A stretch of DNA of 64,000 bases, taken from assembly GCA_030390025.1 (NCBI GenBank), contig JASTWF010000327.1, positions 310,001 through 374,000 on the forward strand. The letters run 5' to 3'. Position numbers and translations under genes: made by a program. Shown here one piece after another: positions 37,011-49,864 of this stretch (position 1 is its first letter; every line of letters starts with the position of its first letter). The notes below the pieces were generated by a model. That model was not told the origin of the DNA and did no database searches. It saw only the letters and a program-made list of their open reading frames with translations. Origin of the DNA: Squalus acanthias (taxonomy: Eukaryota).

Positions 37011-40000
37011 TCTGTGGCCGCAACCGAGATTCCAGGATGGTATGTTGCCTCCCTGGTGCAAGGGTCAAGGATGTCTCGGAGCGGCTGCAGAACATTCTGA
37101 AGAGGGAGGGTGAACAGCCAGCTGTCGTGGTGCATGTAGGTACCAACGATATAGGTAATAAGCGGGAAGAGGTCCTACAAGCAGAATTTAGGGAGCCAGG
37201 AGCTAAATTAAAAAGTAGGACCTCTAAGGTAGTAATCTCTGGATTGCTACCAGGGCCACGTGCTAATCCGAATAGAGAGAACAGGATAGTGAGATTGAAT
37301 ACGTGGCTTGAGCAGTGGTGCAGGAGGGAGGGATTCAAATTCCTGAGGCATTGGAACCAGTTCTGGGGGAAGTGGGACCTGTACAAAAGGGACGGTCTGC
37401 ACTTGGGCAGGACTGGAACCGATGTCGTCGGGGTAATATTTGCTAAAGCAGTTCGGGAGGATTTAAACTAATATGGCAGGGGAATGGGAACCTATGTAGC
37501 GAAACAGGGGGAAGTAATATGCAGTCAGAAACAAATGTTAGAAGGGTGAGAAACAATAGGGGAAGGCCGAGTAAACAAAGACAAGAAACACAAAGGGCCA
37601 TACTAAATCATAAGTCTAAAAGGACAAAGGATGTTAATAAAGCAAGCCTAAAGGCTCTGTGTCTTAATGCAAGGAGTATCCGTAATAAGGTGGATGAATT
37701 GACTGTGCAAATAGATGTTAACGGATACGATGTGATTGGGATTACAGAGACGTGGCTCCAGAACAATCAAGGCTGGGAACTGAACATCCAGGGGTATTCA
37801 ACATTCAGAAAGGATAGAATAAAAGGTAAAGGGGGTGGGGTAGCATTAACATAAGAACATAAGAAATAGGAGCAGGAGTAGGCCAATCGGCCCCTCGAGC
37901 CTGCTCCGCCATTCAATAAGATCATGGCTGATCTGATCCTAACCGCCAATCTACTATCACAGAACCATCTCCTGCATCTAACAGAATTGCACACATGAAA
38001 TAGGAGCAGAATCAGGCTACACGGTCCCTGGGCCCGCTCCACTACCCACAGGGCCATGACCGATCCGAACCTAGACTCATGTCCAAATTCCTGCCCGCTC
38101 CCCGTAACCCTTAATGCCCTTTACTTCTAGGAAACTGTCTATTTCTGTTTTAAATTTATTTAATGATGTAGCTTCTACAGCTTTTTGTGGCAGCATATTC
38201 CATGGACCTACCACCCTCTGAGTGAAGTAGTTCCTCCTCATCTCAGTTTTGAAAGAGCAGCCCCTTATTCTAAGACTATGTCCCCTAGTTCTAGTCTCAC
38301 CCGTCATCGGGAACATCCTCCCCGCATCCACCCGATCCAACCCCTTCACAATCTTATATGTTTCAATAAGATCGCCTCTCATTCTTCTGAACTCCAATGA
38401 GTAGAGTCCCAACCTCTCCTCATATGACCACCCCCTCATCCCCGGGATTAACCGAGTGAACCTTTTTTGCACTGCCTCGAGAGCAAGGATGTCTTTCCTT
38501 AAGTAAGGACACCAAAACTGCTGGTTAAAGAGGAGATTAATGCAATAGCAAGGAAGGACATCAGCTTGGAGGATATGGAATCAATATGGGTTGAGCTGCA
38601 GAACACCAAAGGGCAGAAAACGTTAGTGGGAGTTGTGTACAGACCTCCAAACAGCAGTAGTGAGGTGGGGGAGGGTATGAAACAGGAAATCAGAGGTGCG
38701 TGCAAAAAAGGCACGGCAGTTATCATGGGTGACTTTAATATGCATATAGATTGGGCTACTCAAACTGGAAGCAATACGGTGGAGGAGGATTTCCTGGAGT
38801 GTTTAAGGGATGGTTTCCTAAACCAATATGTTGAGGAACCAACTCGAGGGGAGGCCATCCTGGACTGGGTGTTGTGTAATGAGGAAGGACTAATCAGCAA
38901 TCTTGTGGTACGAGGCCCCCTGGGGAAGAGTGACCATAGTATGGTGGAGTTCTACATTAGGATGGAGAAGGAAACAGTTAAGTCAGAGACCATGGTCCAG
39001 AACTTAAATAAGGGCAACTTTGAGGGTATGAGGCGTGAATTGGCGAGGTTAAATTGGCAAGCGATATTTAAGGGGCTATCAGTGGAAGGGCAATGGCAGA
39101 CATTTAGAGATCGCATGGATGAACTACAACAATTGTACATCCCGGTCTGGCGTAAAAATAAAAAAGGGAAGGTGGCTCAACCATGGCTAACGAGGGAAAT
39201 CAGGGATAGTATTAAAACCAAGGAAGTTGCATACAAATTGGCCAGAAGTAGCAGCAAACCCGGGGACTGGGAGAACTTCAAAACTCAGCAGAGGAGGACG
39301 AAGGGTTTGATTAGGGCAGGGAAAATAAAATATGAAAGGAAGCTTGCAGAGAACATTAAAATGGACTGCAAAAGCTTCTATAAATATGTAAAAAGAAAGA
39401 GGTTAGTAAAAACAAACGTAGGTCCCCTGCAGTCGGAAACAGGGGAAGTCGTAATGGGGAACAAGGAAATGGCAGATCAATTGAACAAGTACTTTGGTTC
39501 GGTGTTTACTGTGGAGGACACACACAACCTGCCGGAAATAAAAGGGGTCAGAGGATCTGGTAAGAGGGAGGAGCTGAGGGAAATCCTTATTAGTCGGGAA
39601 AAGGTATTGGGGAAATTGATGGGACTGAAGGCTGAAAAATCCCCGGGGCCTGATGGTCTGCATCCCAGAGTACTTAAGGAGGTGGCCTTGGAAATAGTGG
39701 ATGCATTGACGATCATTTTCCAACATTCCTTAGACTCTGGATCAGTTCCGATGGAGTGGAGGGTGGCCAATGTAACCCCTCTTTTTAAAAAAGGAGGGAG
39801 GGAGAAAGCAGGGAATTATAGACCGGTCAGCCTGACATCGGTCGTGGGTAAAATGATGGAAGCAATTATTAAAGATGTCATAACAGACCATTTGGAAAGT
39901 GGCGACATGATAGGTCCAAGTCAGCATGGATTTGTGAAAGGGAAATCATGCTTGACAAATCTTCTGGAATTTTTTGAGGATGTTTCCAATAGGGTGGACA

Positions 40001-41218
40001 GGGGGGAACCAGTAGATGTGGTGTATTTGGACTTTCAGAAGGCCTTCGACAAGGTCCCACACAAGAGATTGGTGAGCAAAGTTAAAGCACATGGGATTGG
40101 GGGTAATGTGTTGACGTGGATTGAGAACTGGTTGGCACACAGGAAACAAAGAGTAGGAGTAAATGGGTACTTTTCAGAATGGCAGGCAGTGACCAGCAGG
40201 GTACCGCAGGGTTCGGTGCTGGGACCCCAGCTGTTTACATTATATATTAATGATTTGGACGAAGGGATTAAATGTGATATCTCCAAATTTGCGGATGACA
40301 CTAAATTGGGAGGCAGTGTGAACAATGAGGAGGATGCTAGGAGGCTACAGAGTGACTTGGACAGGTTGGGTGAATGGGCAAATGTATGGCAGATGAAGTA
40401 CAATGTGGATAAATGTGAGGTTATCCACTTTGGTGGTAAAAATAGAGAGGCGGACTATTACCTGAATGGTGGCAGATTAGGGAAAGGGGAGGTGCAACGA
40501 GACCTGGGCGTCATGGTACATCAGTCACTGAAGGTGGGAATACAAGTGCAGCAGGCAGTCAAGAAAGCAAACGGAATGATGGCCTTCATAGTAAGGGGAT
40601 TTGAGTACAGGAGTAGGGAGGTGATGCTGCAGTTGTACAGGGCCTTGGTGAGGCCACACCTGGAGTATTGTGCGCAGTTTTGGTCTCCTAACTTAAGGAA
40701 GGACATTCTTGCTATTGAGGGAGTGCAGCGAAGGTTCACTAGATTGATTCCTGGGATGGCCGGACTGACATATCAAGAAAGATTGGATCAACTGAACTTG
40801 TATCCTCTGGAGTTCAGAAGAATGAGGGGGGATCTTATAGAGACATTTAAAATCCTGACTGGTTTAGACAAATTAGATGCAGGCAGAATGTTCCCAATGT
40901 TAGGGAAAACTAGAACCAGGGGTCACAGTCTGAGGATTAAGGGGAAGCCATTTAAGACTGAGCTGAGGAGGAACTTCTTCACCCAGAGAGTGGTGAATCT
41001 ATGGAATTCTCTTCCACAGAAGGTTGTTGAGGCCAGTTCGCTAAATATATTCAAAAGGGAGTTAGATATAACACTCACAACTAGGGGGATCAAGGGGTAT
41101 GGCGAGAAAGCAGGAATGGGGTACTGAGGTAGCATGTTCAGCCATGAACGCATTGAATGGCGGTGCAGGCTCGAAGGACCGAATGGTCTACTCCTGTACC
41201 TATTTTCTATGTTTCTAT
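37011..41218 (+). mobile_element. Young CR1: SGNH ORF1 part (37037-37471) plus ORF2, open apart from an inner insertion
   Basis: LCLNARSI...GGGVAL, then a stop-free 853-aa ORF 38566-41127; TTTCTATG tail. Confidence 0.96.
37848..38519 (-). mobile_element. Antisense CR1 3' fragment (same family as 9509-11160)
   Basis: ORF 38077-38472; tail AACATAAGAACATAAG; interrupts GTAGCATT|GCTGGTT. Confidence 0.93.
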
Positions 41219-42335
41219 GAGGCTCATAGAATAGGTGTGTCAGTGACAGCTTGGATAAGGAATTGGCTTAAGGACAGAAAACAGCGAGTTGTGGTGAATG
41301 GCTGTTTTTCAGCCTGGAGGATGGTAGACAGTGGTGTTCCCCAAGGGTCAGTGCTGGGGTCACTGCTTTTTTTGATATATATAAATGACCTGGATATTGG
41401 AATACAGAGTAGAATTTCTAAATTTGCCGATGACACCAAACTTGGGGGTGTGGCAAACAGTGATGATGATACCAATCGACTGCAACAGGACATAGAAAGG
41501 CTAGCAGAATGGGCAGACAAGTGGCAGATGGAATTTAATACAGAGAAGTGTGAGGTGATGCATTTTGGCAGAAGGAACAGGGAGAGGCAATATACACTTA
41601 ATGGCACAGTTTTAAAGAGTGTGCAGGGACAGAGGGACCTGGGAGTTAATGTGCATAGGTCCCTGAAGGTGGCAGGATATATTGAAAGAGTGGTTAACAA
41701 AGCATATGGGATCTTGGGCTTCATAAATAGAGGTATTGAGTACAAAAGTAGAGAAGTTATGCTGAACCTTTATAAAGCGCTGGTTCGGCCACAACTGGAG
41801 TATTGCGTCCAGTTCTGGTCACCACACTTTCGGAAGGATGTGAAGGCCCTTGAGTGGGTGCAGAAGAGATTTACCAGAATGGTTCTGGGGATGGGGGATC
41901 TTAGTTACAAAGACAGGTTGGAGAAGCTGGATTTGTTTTCATTAGAGCAAAGGAGGTTGAGGGGTGATTTGATAGAGGTGTACAAGATTATGACGTGTTT
42001 GGATAGGCTAGATGGGGAAAGGCTGTTCCCACTAGTTGATGGTACAAGGACTAAGGGGCACAGATTTAAGGTTTTGGGCAAGAGATACAGGGGGTATGTG
42101 AGGAAAAACTTTTTACGCAGCGAGTGGTGAGGACCTGGAACTCGCTGCCAACGGAAGTGGTGGAAACAGAGACACTTAATGTTTTCAAGGGGAGACTGGA
42201 TAGGCACTTGAGGGAAATAAACTTGCAGGGCTACGGGGATAGCGCGGGGGAATGGGACTGACTGGATTGCTCTACAGAGAGCCGGCACGGACTCGATGGG
42301 CCGAATGGCCTCCTCTGTGCCGTCATGACTGTATA

Positions 42336-42736
42336 AAGGTGCTGACTCTGGCTGGGTTCAGTTCTACACTCACTGGTTCCCCTCCCTCTCCTCCCCTGAA
42401 GGTGCTGACTCTGGCTGGGTTCAGTTCTACACTCACTGGTTCCTCTCCCTCTCCTCCCCTGAAGGTGCTGACTCTGGCTGGGTTCAGTTCTACACTCACT
42501 GGTTCCCCTCCCTCTCCTCCCTGAAGGTGCTGACTCTGGCTGGGTTCAGTTCTACACTCACTGGTTCCTCCCCTGAAGGTGCTGACTCTGGCTGGGTTCA
42601 GTTCTACACTCACTGGTTCCCCTCCCTCTCCTCCCTGAAGGTGCTGACTCTGGCTGGGTTCAGTTCTACACTCACTGGTTCCCCTCCCTCTCCTCCCCTG
42701 AAGGTGCTGACTCTGGCTGGGTTCAGTTCACTCACT
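42336..42736. repeat. 63-bp minisatellite
   Basis: Tandem copies of the 12945 unit. Confidence 0.95.
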
Positions 42737-42744
42737 GGGACCCT

Positions 42745-43225
42745 GAAGCCCCGCCCACTCGTGGTTCCTTTTTTCCAGTTCTGACGAAAGGTCATCGACC
42801 TGAAACGTTAACTCTGTTTCTCTCTTCACAGATGCTGCCTGACCTGCTCAGCATCTCCAGCATTTTGTTTATATTCCTTTACAAAGATGGCCGCGCACGC
42901 GCAGTATCACGCAAGATGGCGACGCACAAACCCTCAGCTGTCCTTTACAAAGATGGCGGCCGTTAACCTGGGCCTGTTCCTGGGAAAAAACCTCCGAGCT
43001 GGAAACGCGGAACCTGTCGGTTCTCATTTGGGGTTTGCGGCCTGCACCAGATGTTTATGAAATCCACCCGCCGGGTGCATTACCTTCCTGCGCCCCGCTG
43101 ATTCGTAATCGGCGTAAATCCCGCTGCAGCTTTTCTTCGCTTCTCGCCCTCGCCGGCCCGGATCACAATGACACTGCGCATGCTCCAAATACAGGCGGGC
43201 GCTGCGCCTGCGCACTGGACTCCTC
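42745..43225. promoter_or_regulatory. CpG-island promoter-like region
   Basis: GCCCCGCCC, three YY1-like AAGATGGC, NRF1-like GCGCATGC and GCGCCTGCGCA, minus-strand donor AAG|GTAATG at ~43083. Confidence 0.6.
42772..42873 (+). mobile_element. Penelope-like fragment with a hammerhead-like motif
   Basis: CTGACGA-AAGGTC-ATC-GACCT-GAAAC; TTCCTTT duplicated at both ends; absent from the related promoter at ~60130. Confidence 0.7.
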
Positions 43226-43254
43226 CTGTGTGAATGGGCACATTCCACAAACAG

Positions 43255-43660
43255 AGCAGTGAATGGATTCTCCCCCTTACCAATATGTTAGGGTGGGAAT
43301 CGATGAGATGAGTGAGTGACTCTCTATCCACACTCAGCTGTTGAACAGCCTCTCCCCGGTGTGACTGTATCCATGAGTTTGCACCTCAGACGGGCAACTG
43401 AACCCGTTCCCACATTCCCCACATTTACACTGTTGATTCAGGTGGGTGCACGAGTCTCACAGACTAGACGATTTGTTAAAAGTGGATCCAGGCACAGAAC
43501 ACGTGTCCTGTTTCTTCCCGCTGTGATTGGTGCTTTTTCCTCCTATAGCCAAAGGCCGATGATATTCAGGTCCTGATAAATCCGGTGAATCTGTCAGATC
43601 TTGACGCAATGTTTGGATTCAGTTTCCATCTGCAGATCCTCCCCTTCTAATACCCTCAAA
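43255..43660 (-). pseudogene. Highly degenerate ZNF exon relic (paralog at ~52450-52840)
   Basis: VLEGEDLQM leader and decayed CSV / KCGE..HTGER pieces. Confidence 0.65.
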
Positions 43661-43875
43661 TGGTGTTTACAACAGGATAGAACTTCAGAACAGACAAATC
43701 TAGTTTCTATACAACATTCCTTCCCCCTCCTGTCCCTCCTAAGCTGTAAATTCCCCATTCTACACACTCTTCCTCCATCCTTACTGTCTAAAAACAACAT
43801 TCATTACATCATCTGGGATTTTGGGTCTCCCCTTCTCTCCAGAAGGAACTGAATCTGGCTGGGTGCATTTGGTTA

Positions 43876-44628
43876 ACCTCTACATTTTGGTAGGAAGAAC
43901 GAGGAGAGGCAATATATACTAAAGGGTACAATTCTATAGGGGCTGCCTGAACAGAGAGACCTGGGGGTATATGTGCACAAATCGTTGAAGGTGGCAGGGC
44001 AGGTTGAGAAAGCGGTTAAAAAAGCATACGGGACCCTGGGCTTCATAAATAGAGGCATAGAGTACAAAAGCAAGGAAGTTATGATGAAATTTTATAAAAC
44101 ACTGGTCCGACCTCTCTGGAGTTTAGAAGAATGAGAGGTGATCTCATTGAAACATACAAGATTCTGAAGGGGATTGACAGGGTAGATGCTGAGAGGTTAT
44201 TTCCCCTGGCTGGAGTGTCCATAACTAGGGGGCATAGTCTCAGGATAGGGGTAGGTAATTTAAGACCGAGAGGAGGAGGAATTTCTTCACTCAGAGGGTT
44301 GTGAATCTTTGGAATTCTCTGCCCCAGAGGGCTGTGAATGCTGAGTCTTTGAGTATATTCAAGGCTGAGATAGATAGATTTTTGGATTCTAGGGAAATCA
44401 ATTGCTTGTTGTACCAGCATGCTAACTCTCTGTGATTTGTGTTCGACGAAACCTAAATCCCTCTGAACAACAACATTTCATAATTTCTCACCATTTAAAA
44501 AATATTCTGTTTTCTATTCTTCCTACCAAAGTGAATAATTTCACATTTCTCCACATTATACTCCATCTGCCACCTTCTTGCCCACTCACTTAACCTGTCT
44601 ATATCCCTTTGCAGACTCTTTGTGTCCT
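43876..44628. mobile_element. CR1 fragments (+ 43876-44400, - 44405-44628); paralog at 53056-53808
   Basis: EQRDLGVYVHKSLKV, MRGDLIETYK. Confidence 0.85.
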
Positions 44629-46134
44629 GCTGGTGAGTGGCTGCTCATTATCCTCGGTGTGATTTAATCCCCTTTCCCACTGAATACTGCGGACAGACAG
44701 GCTCACCTTGGGAACGGAATGGTCAGTGTGACATCACTTTCTAAACAAGAGCCCACAAGACAATGGGTTCTCAATAAATGTTAAAGGGATTCAACGCTCT
44801 GAAGTTACACTGTGAATAAAGGAAATAAAATGCTGATCAATAATGGCTGAAGATAATGATTTCTCTCTGTGGAATGTGCTTGCACACATTAAGAATGATG
44901 AGCTTTGTACACACACACACAGCAAACACTTTGTGAGGCTCTTTTCAGTTGTTGCTCTGAAGCCACTAAGCGCTGGTGCACCTGGTGGGCATTAGGACCC
45001 TGCGGCCGCCCATCCGGCAGTGCTGTGAGGTCACGGTTCCAGGCTCTGTCTCACCCAATCAGTGGGTCCCGCCAAAGCTCAATAGAAAATACTGCAGCAA
45101 AAACAATCCTGAACATTCACAAACTGGGAGCAATCGGCACAGCACAACACAAGTGTGAATTAGTAAACTTTAACACACAGAGTCTGTCACTAATTAGTAC
45201 AAAGTGCAGGGCACTATTGCTCACCTTCAGTCCTGTCCCTCAATCCCAGCTCATCTCTGGGGGATTGTTACAAGGTTCACCCCGTCCTTTCAACACAAAT
45301 ATTACCCACATAATCCCACATCAATTAGACATTGCACACAGCTTCTGACAGTTATTAACAAGACTAGACCGATGCTTCAAACCAATAAATAAATAAATCA
45401 TCCCATCCCATCTCATCCCGCTGGATAAAACCTCAGACGGTTCCTCAGTAAGGATTGCTCTGGTTCCTCACCGTACATGTGTCAGGATACTGAAACCCAG
45501 CTTTCTCACAGTCCACTCCTGGAGGCCCCACTCCCTGAGCCTACAACCTTCAGCAGGGTCAGTGGTGGAGTTCCACAGCGGGAGTGATCCCAGAGTAACT
45601 GTCGGGATCGCACCCCCGTGGATGTTCCAGGTGTATTTTTAGTTATCCTGGTGTCTAACATGCACACATCAATAAAACAGGGAATTCTTCGAAACACGCT
45701 GCAGGTCCTTCTTTATCTGGAGATCAAATGTCTGTTGTATAATTGTACCAGCAGTTAACAGGCTCCTGTGAACTCCTCCCTCTGCTATTTTAATGCAGAC
45801 TTTAACCAATTTATTTTAAATGGGTTTATTTTAAATGAGCTAACACCTGCCTTAAAATGGTAGACTCAGGACTGTCTCACACACACATATTAAATCTTCG
45901 TGGAATAATTACCAGTCACTTTTGGACTGGAAACTTAACCCTGCCGTTTCACTTTCAGTCAGGAACAGATCGCAGTTTGATACCAATCTCTGATTTGACA
46001 GCACGTTTCCAGCATTCACCGTTGTTCTTCCCGACTCTAAACACAGCTGCAAAGGAGCCTTCTGTTCCATGCCTAGGAGCTCTGAACCATGGAAGGGAGC
46101 AGCTGGGACACATTCCTTATCAGCCTCAAGATTA

Positions 46135-46487
46135 AATGGTGAGAGGTTGTTTCCCCTGGCTGGAGTGTCTAGAACTAGGGGGCATAGTCTCAGGATACGG
46201 GGTCGGCCATTTAAGACTGAGATGAGGAGGAATTTCTTCACTCAGAGTGTTGTGAATCTTTGGAATTCTCTGCCCCAGAGGACTGTGAATGTTCAGTCTT
46301 TGAGTATATTCAAGGCTGAGATCGATAGATTTTTGGACTCTAGGGGAATCAAGGGATATGGAGATCGGGCAGGAAAGTGGAGTTGAGGTCGATGATCAGC
46401 CATGATCTTATTGAATGGCGGAGCAGGCTCGAGGGGCTGTGTGGCCCACTCCTGCTCCTAATTCTTATGATCTTTTCTTATGTTCTA
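46135..46487 (+). mobile_element. CR1 3' fragment (deleted version of 55310-56203)
   Basis: ERLFPLAGVSRTRGHSL...GKWS plus tail. Confidence 0.9.
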
Positions 46488-46858
46488 AATCTGCCCGGCA
46501 ACTTTACATTCAGTGAAGAGAGACGAGAAAGACCAAAGTGCCGTTTGCCCCTCTCAGTGTGGCCCTGAAGGACTGTGTCCAGGCTGAAGTTCTGTTCCCG
46601 CCGAACGATCCTCCCCCAGATTGTCCTTTCTGAGCTCCAGCCAGGTGATGCTAAACACTCAGGTGGGAACGACAAAAATCCACAACAATGTGTTTAAAGC
46701 AAATTGATTTAATTGACATCTATCCAGAATATTAAACTCCAGCCCAGTTACAGGGGTTATTAACATCAGCAGAAACAAACCCCACCTGTCAGTGTGAACA
46801 CGATTCAGTCCGGGATGTAATTAACAGCAGCAATAACAGCAGAATCCAACCCCTGCAG

Positions 46859-48232
46859 TCACTTGTGAACTCGCTGGTGTTTCAGCAGGTCGAATGACCG
46901 AGTGAATCCCTTCCCACACACGGAGCAGGTGAACGGTCTCTCCCCGGTGTGAATTCGCTGGTGTTTCAGTCGGTCGGATGAATGAGTGAATCCCTTTCCA
47001 CACTCAGAGCAGGTGAACGGTCTCTCCCCGGTGTGAACTCGCTGGTGTGACAGCAGGTGGGATGAACACATGAATCCCTTTCCACACTCAGAGCAAGTGA
47101 ACGGCCTCTCCCCAGTGTGAGTGCGCTGGTGTACAGTGAGGTGAGATGATTGCCTGAACCCAGTCCCGCAGTGAGAGCACCTGAACGGCCTCTCCCCAGT
47201 GTGAACTCGCTGGTGTGTCAGCAGGTCGGATGACTGAGTGAATCCCTTCCCACACTCAGAGCACCTGAACGGTCTCTCGGCAGTGTGAACACGTTGATGA
47301 CACATCAGTTCCCTGGAACTTTTATAGCACTTCCCGCAGTCCGGGCATTTTAAATGTCTCTCGTCAGTGTGAACTCGCTGGTGTTTCAGAAGGTGGGATG
47401 ACTGAGTGAATCCCTTCCCACACTCGGAGCAGGTGAACGGCCTCTCCCCAGTGTGAACTCGCTGGTGTTTCAGTCGGTCGGATGAATGAGTGAATCCCTT
47501 CCCACACTCGGAGCAGGTGAACGGCCTCTCCCCAGTGTGAATTCGCTGGTGTGTCAGCAGGTGGGATGACTGAGTGAATCCCTTCCCACACTCGGAGCAG
47601 GTGAACGGCCTCTCCCCAGTGTGAACTCGCTGGTGTGTCAGCAGGTGGGATGACAGAGTGAATCCCTTCCCACACTCAGAGCAGGTGAACAGCCTCTCCC
47701 CAGAATGAACTCGCTGGTGTGTCAGCAGGGTGGATGACTGAGTGAATCCCTTCCCACACTCCGAGCAGGTGAACGGCCTCTCCCCAGAATGAACTCGCTG
47801 GTGTGTCAGCAGGCTGAATGACCGAGTGAATCCCTTTCCACACTCAGAGCAGGTGAACGGCCTCTCCCCAGTGTGAGTGCGCTGGTGTTTCAGCAGGCTA
47901 GATGAACAAGTGAATCCCTTCCCACACTCGGAGCAGGTGAACGGCCTCTCCCCAGTATGAACTCGCTGGTGTGTCAGAAGGTCGGAGGAACAAGCGAATC
48001 CCTTCCCACACTCGGAGCAGGTGAACGGTCTCTCCCCAGTGTGAACTCGCTGGTGTGTCAGCAGGTGGGATGACTGAGTGAATCCCTTCCCACACTCAGT
48101 GCAGGTGAACGGCCTCTCCCCAGTGTGAACTCGCTTGTGTCTCGACAGGCCAGAGGATCGGCTGAAGCCTCGTCCACACACAGAACACGTGTACGGTTTC
48201 TCCCCGCTCTGAACGGTGCTTTCTGCTTCCAT
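46859..48232 (-). CDS. C2H2 zinc-finger protein, 16 fingers, intact
   Basis: [14 protein letters not shown] ... HQRVHK-stop; acceptor at ~48327. Confidence 0.9.
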   Translation of the reverse strand: MEAESTVQSGEKPYTCSVCGRGFSRSSGLSRHKRVHTGERPFTCTECGKGFTQSSHLLTHQRVHTGERPFTCSECGKGFACSSDLLTHQRVHTGERPFTCSECGKGFTCSSSLLKHQRTHTGERPFTCSECGKGFTRSFSLLTHQRVHSGERPFTCSECGKGFTQSSTLLTHQRVHSGERLFTCSECGKGFTLSSHLLTHQRVHTGERPFTCSECGKGFTQSSHLLTHQRIHTGERPFTCSECGKGFTHSSDRLKHQRVHTGERPFTCSECGKGFTQSSHLLKHQRVHTDERHLKCPDCGKCYKSSRELMCHQRVHTAERPFRCSECGKGFTQSSDLLTHQRVHTGERPFRCSHCGTGFRQSSHLTVHQRTHTGERPFTCSECGKGFMCSSHLLSHQRVHTGERPFTCSECGKGFTHSSDRLKHQRIHTGERPFTCSVCGKGFTRSFDLLKHQRVHK

Positions 48233-49393
48233 GCTCAAAGGTCTTGATGAATCGAGTGACTCTGTCAGATACTGAAGTGATGTTTGGTTTGAGTTTCCCG
48301 TCTGCAAATCCTCCCCTTCCAACACCCTGCAAAATTAATTTAAAACAGGAAAAAGGGAGGGTGAGAGAGAACCCACAAAAACACAAAGGCAGGTTGTGAA
48401 ATTGAGCTGAATGAACCTGGGAATTTGTGGGGCCGGCACTAGAAAAAAGTGACCATGAAAGCTGCCGGATTGTCGTAAAAACCCAACTGGTTCACTAATG
48501 TCCTTCAGGGAAGGGAACCCGCCACCCGGTCTGGGCCTACACAAGACTCTGGCCTCTATGGGAGGAGAGAGAGCGAGGTGGGAGGGGGAGGAGTGAAGGA
48601 GTTACTTTATACATCAGCAACTCGACTAGAACTTTGACAGCACCTCCCAAACACGCGACCTCCACCACCTAGAAGGACAAGGGCAGCAGGTGCATGGGAA
48701 CACCATCACCTCCCAGTTCCCCTCCAAGTCACACACTATCCTGACTTGGGCATATATCGCCGTTCCTACATCGTCGCTGGGTGAAAATCCTGGAACTCCT
48801 CACCTAACAGCATTCTGAGAGTACCTTCACCACACGGACTGCAGAGGTTCAAGAAGAAGGCCCAGCATCATCTTCTCAACGGGCAACTGGGGACTGGCAA
48901 TATATGCTGGCCTTGCTAGTGACACCCACATCGAATGAATTTAAAAAATATGTATATATAAAATGGATTGAAAGCCTCTACAGAAACACTTGTTCCTAAA
49001 ATGATAATCTTTCACACTGTACAGGCAGTGTCTGTTTAGCACCTTAATCTCCCCTAGAATCCACCTCTCTTCACAGTCCCACATTGGAAATTGTTGGGTC
49101 CCACTGGGCTCAGAAGTACTGGGAGTTAATGCCAGCAGCTTCTCCCCCCTCTCCACTCCAGCTCAAACTGATGCAACAAGAAAGCCCTACACAGGAGGCC
49201 AGGGACCGAGTTCCACATCCACCGCCCACCCTGATGCTAACCGGCTCTGAATTGCTCCCTCTGCTGTATAAATGCAAGTTGTTGTGTTTCTTGTCTGGGG
49301 GAGGTGCTGCACCCTGGGGTTAATGGTGCCGGGGCCCTGGCCGCACGTCCGCCGGCTCTGACTCGGGGCCTGAGACCCACACTCGGTGTTGCT

Positions 49394-49736
49394 GAGGGAT
49401 TCCAGCCCTGGGACTGTACATGGGGATTCCAACCCTGGGACTGTACATGGGGATTCTAACCCTGGGACTGTACATGGGGATTCTAACCCTGGGACTGTAC
49501 ATGGGGATTCTAACCCTGGGACTGTACATGGGGATTCCAACCCTGGGACTGTACATGGGGATTCTAACCCTGGGACTGTACATGGGGATTCTAACCCTGG
49601 GACTGTACATGGGGATTCTAACCGTGGGACTGTACATGGGGATTCTAACCCTGGGACTGTACATGGGGATTCCAACCCTGGGACTGTACATGGGGATTCT
49701 AACCCTGGGACTGTACATGGGGAATCCAACCCTGAG
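49394..49736. repeat. 27-bp minisatellite, ~12 copies
   Basis: Same unit. Confidence 0.95.
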
Positions 49737-49864
49737 ACTGGACAGGGGGGCCCAGCTCTGGGGCTCTTCTCTTACAATTGTGTTGGATGTTAACCATATG
49801 CTTTGCTTTTACCAGTGCCTTCAGGAGAGATGGTGAGAAATTCAAAGTGTGGAGAGTTTGAATC

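Larger units (their letters stand above)
36600..42330 (+). mobile_element. Outer CR1 (36600-37010 plus 41219-42330) split by a nested insertion
   Basis: The uninterrupted paralog at 49865-51390 reads GTTAACAAAATT|GAGGCTCAT across the junction. Confidence 0.93.
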
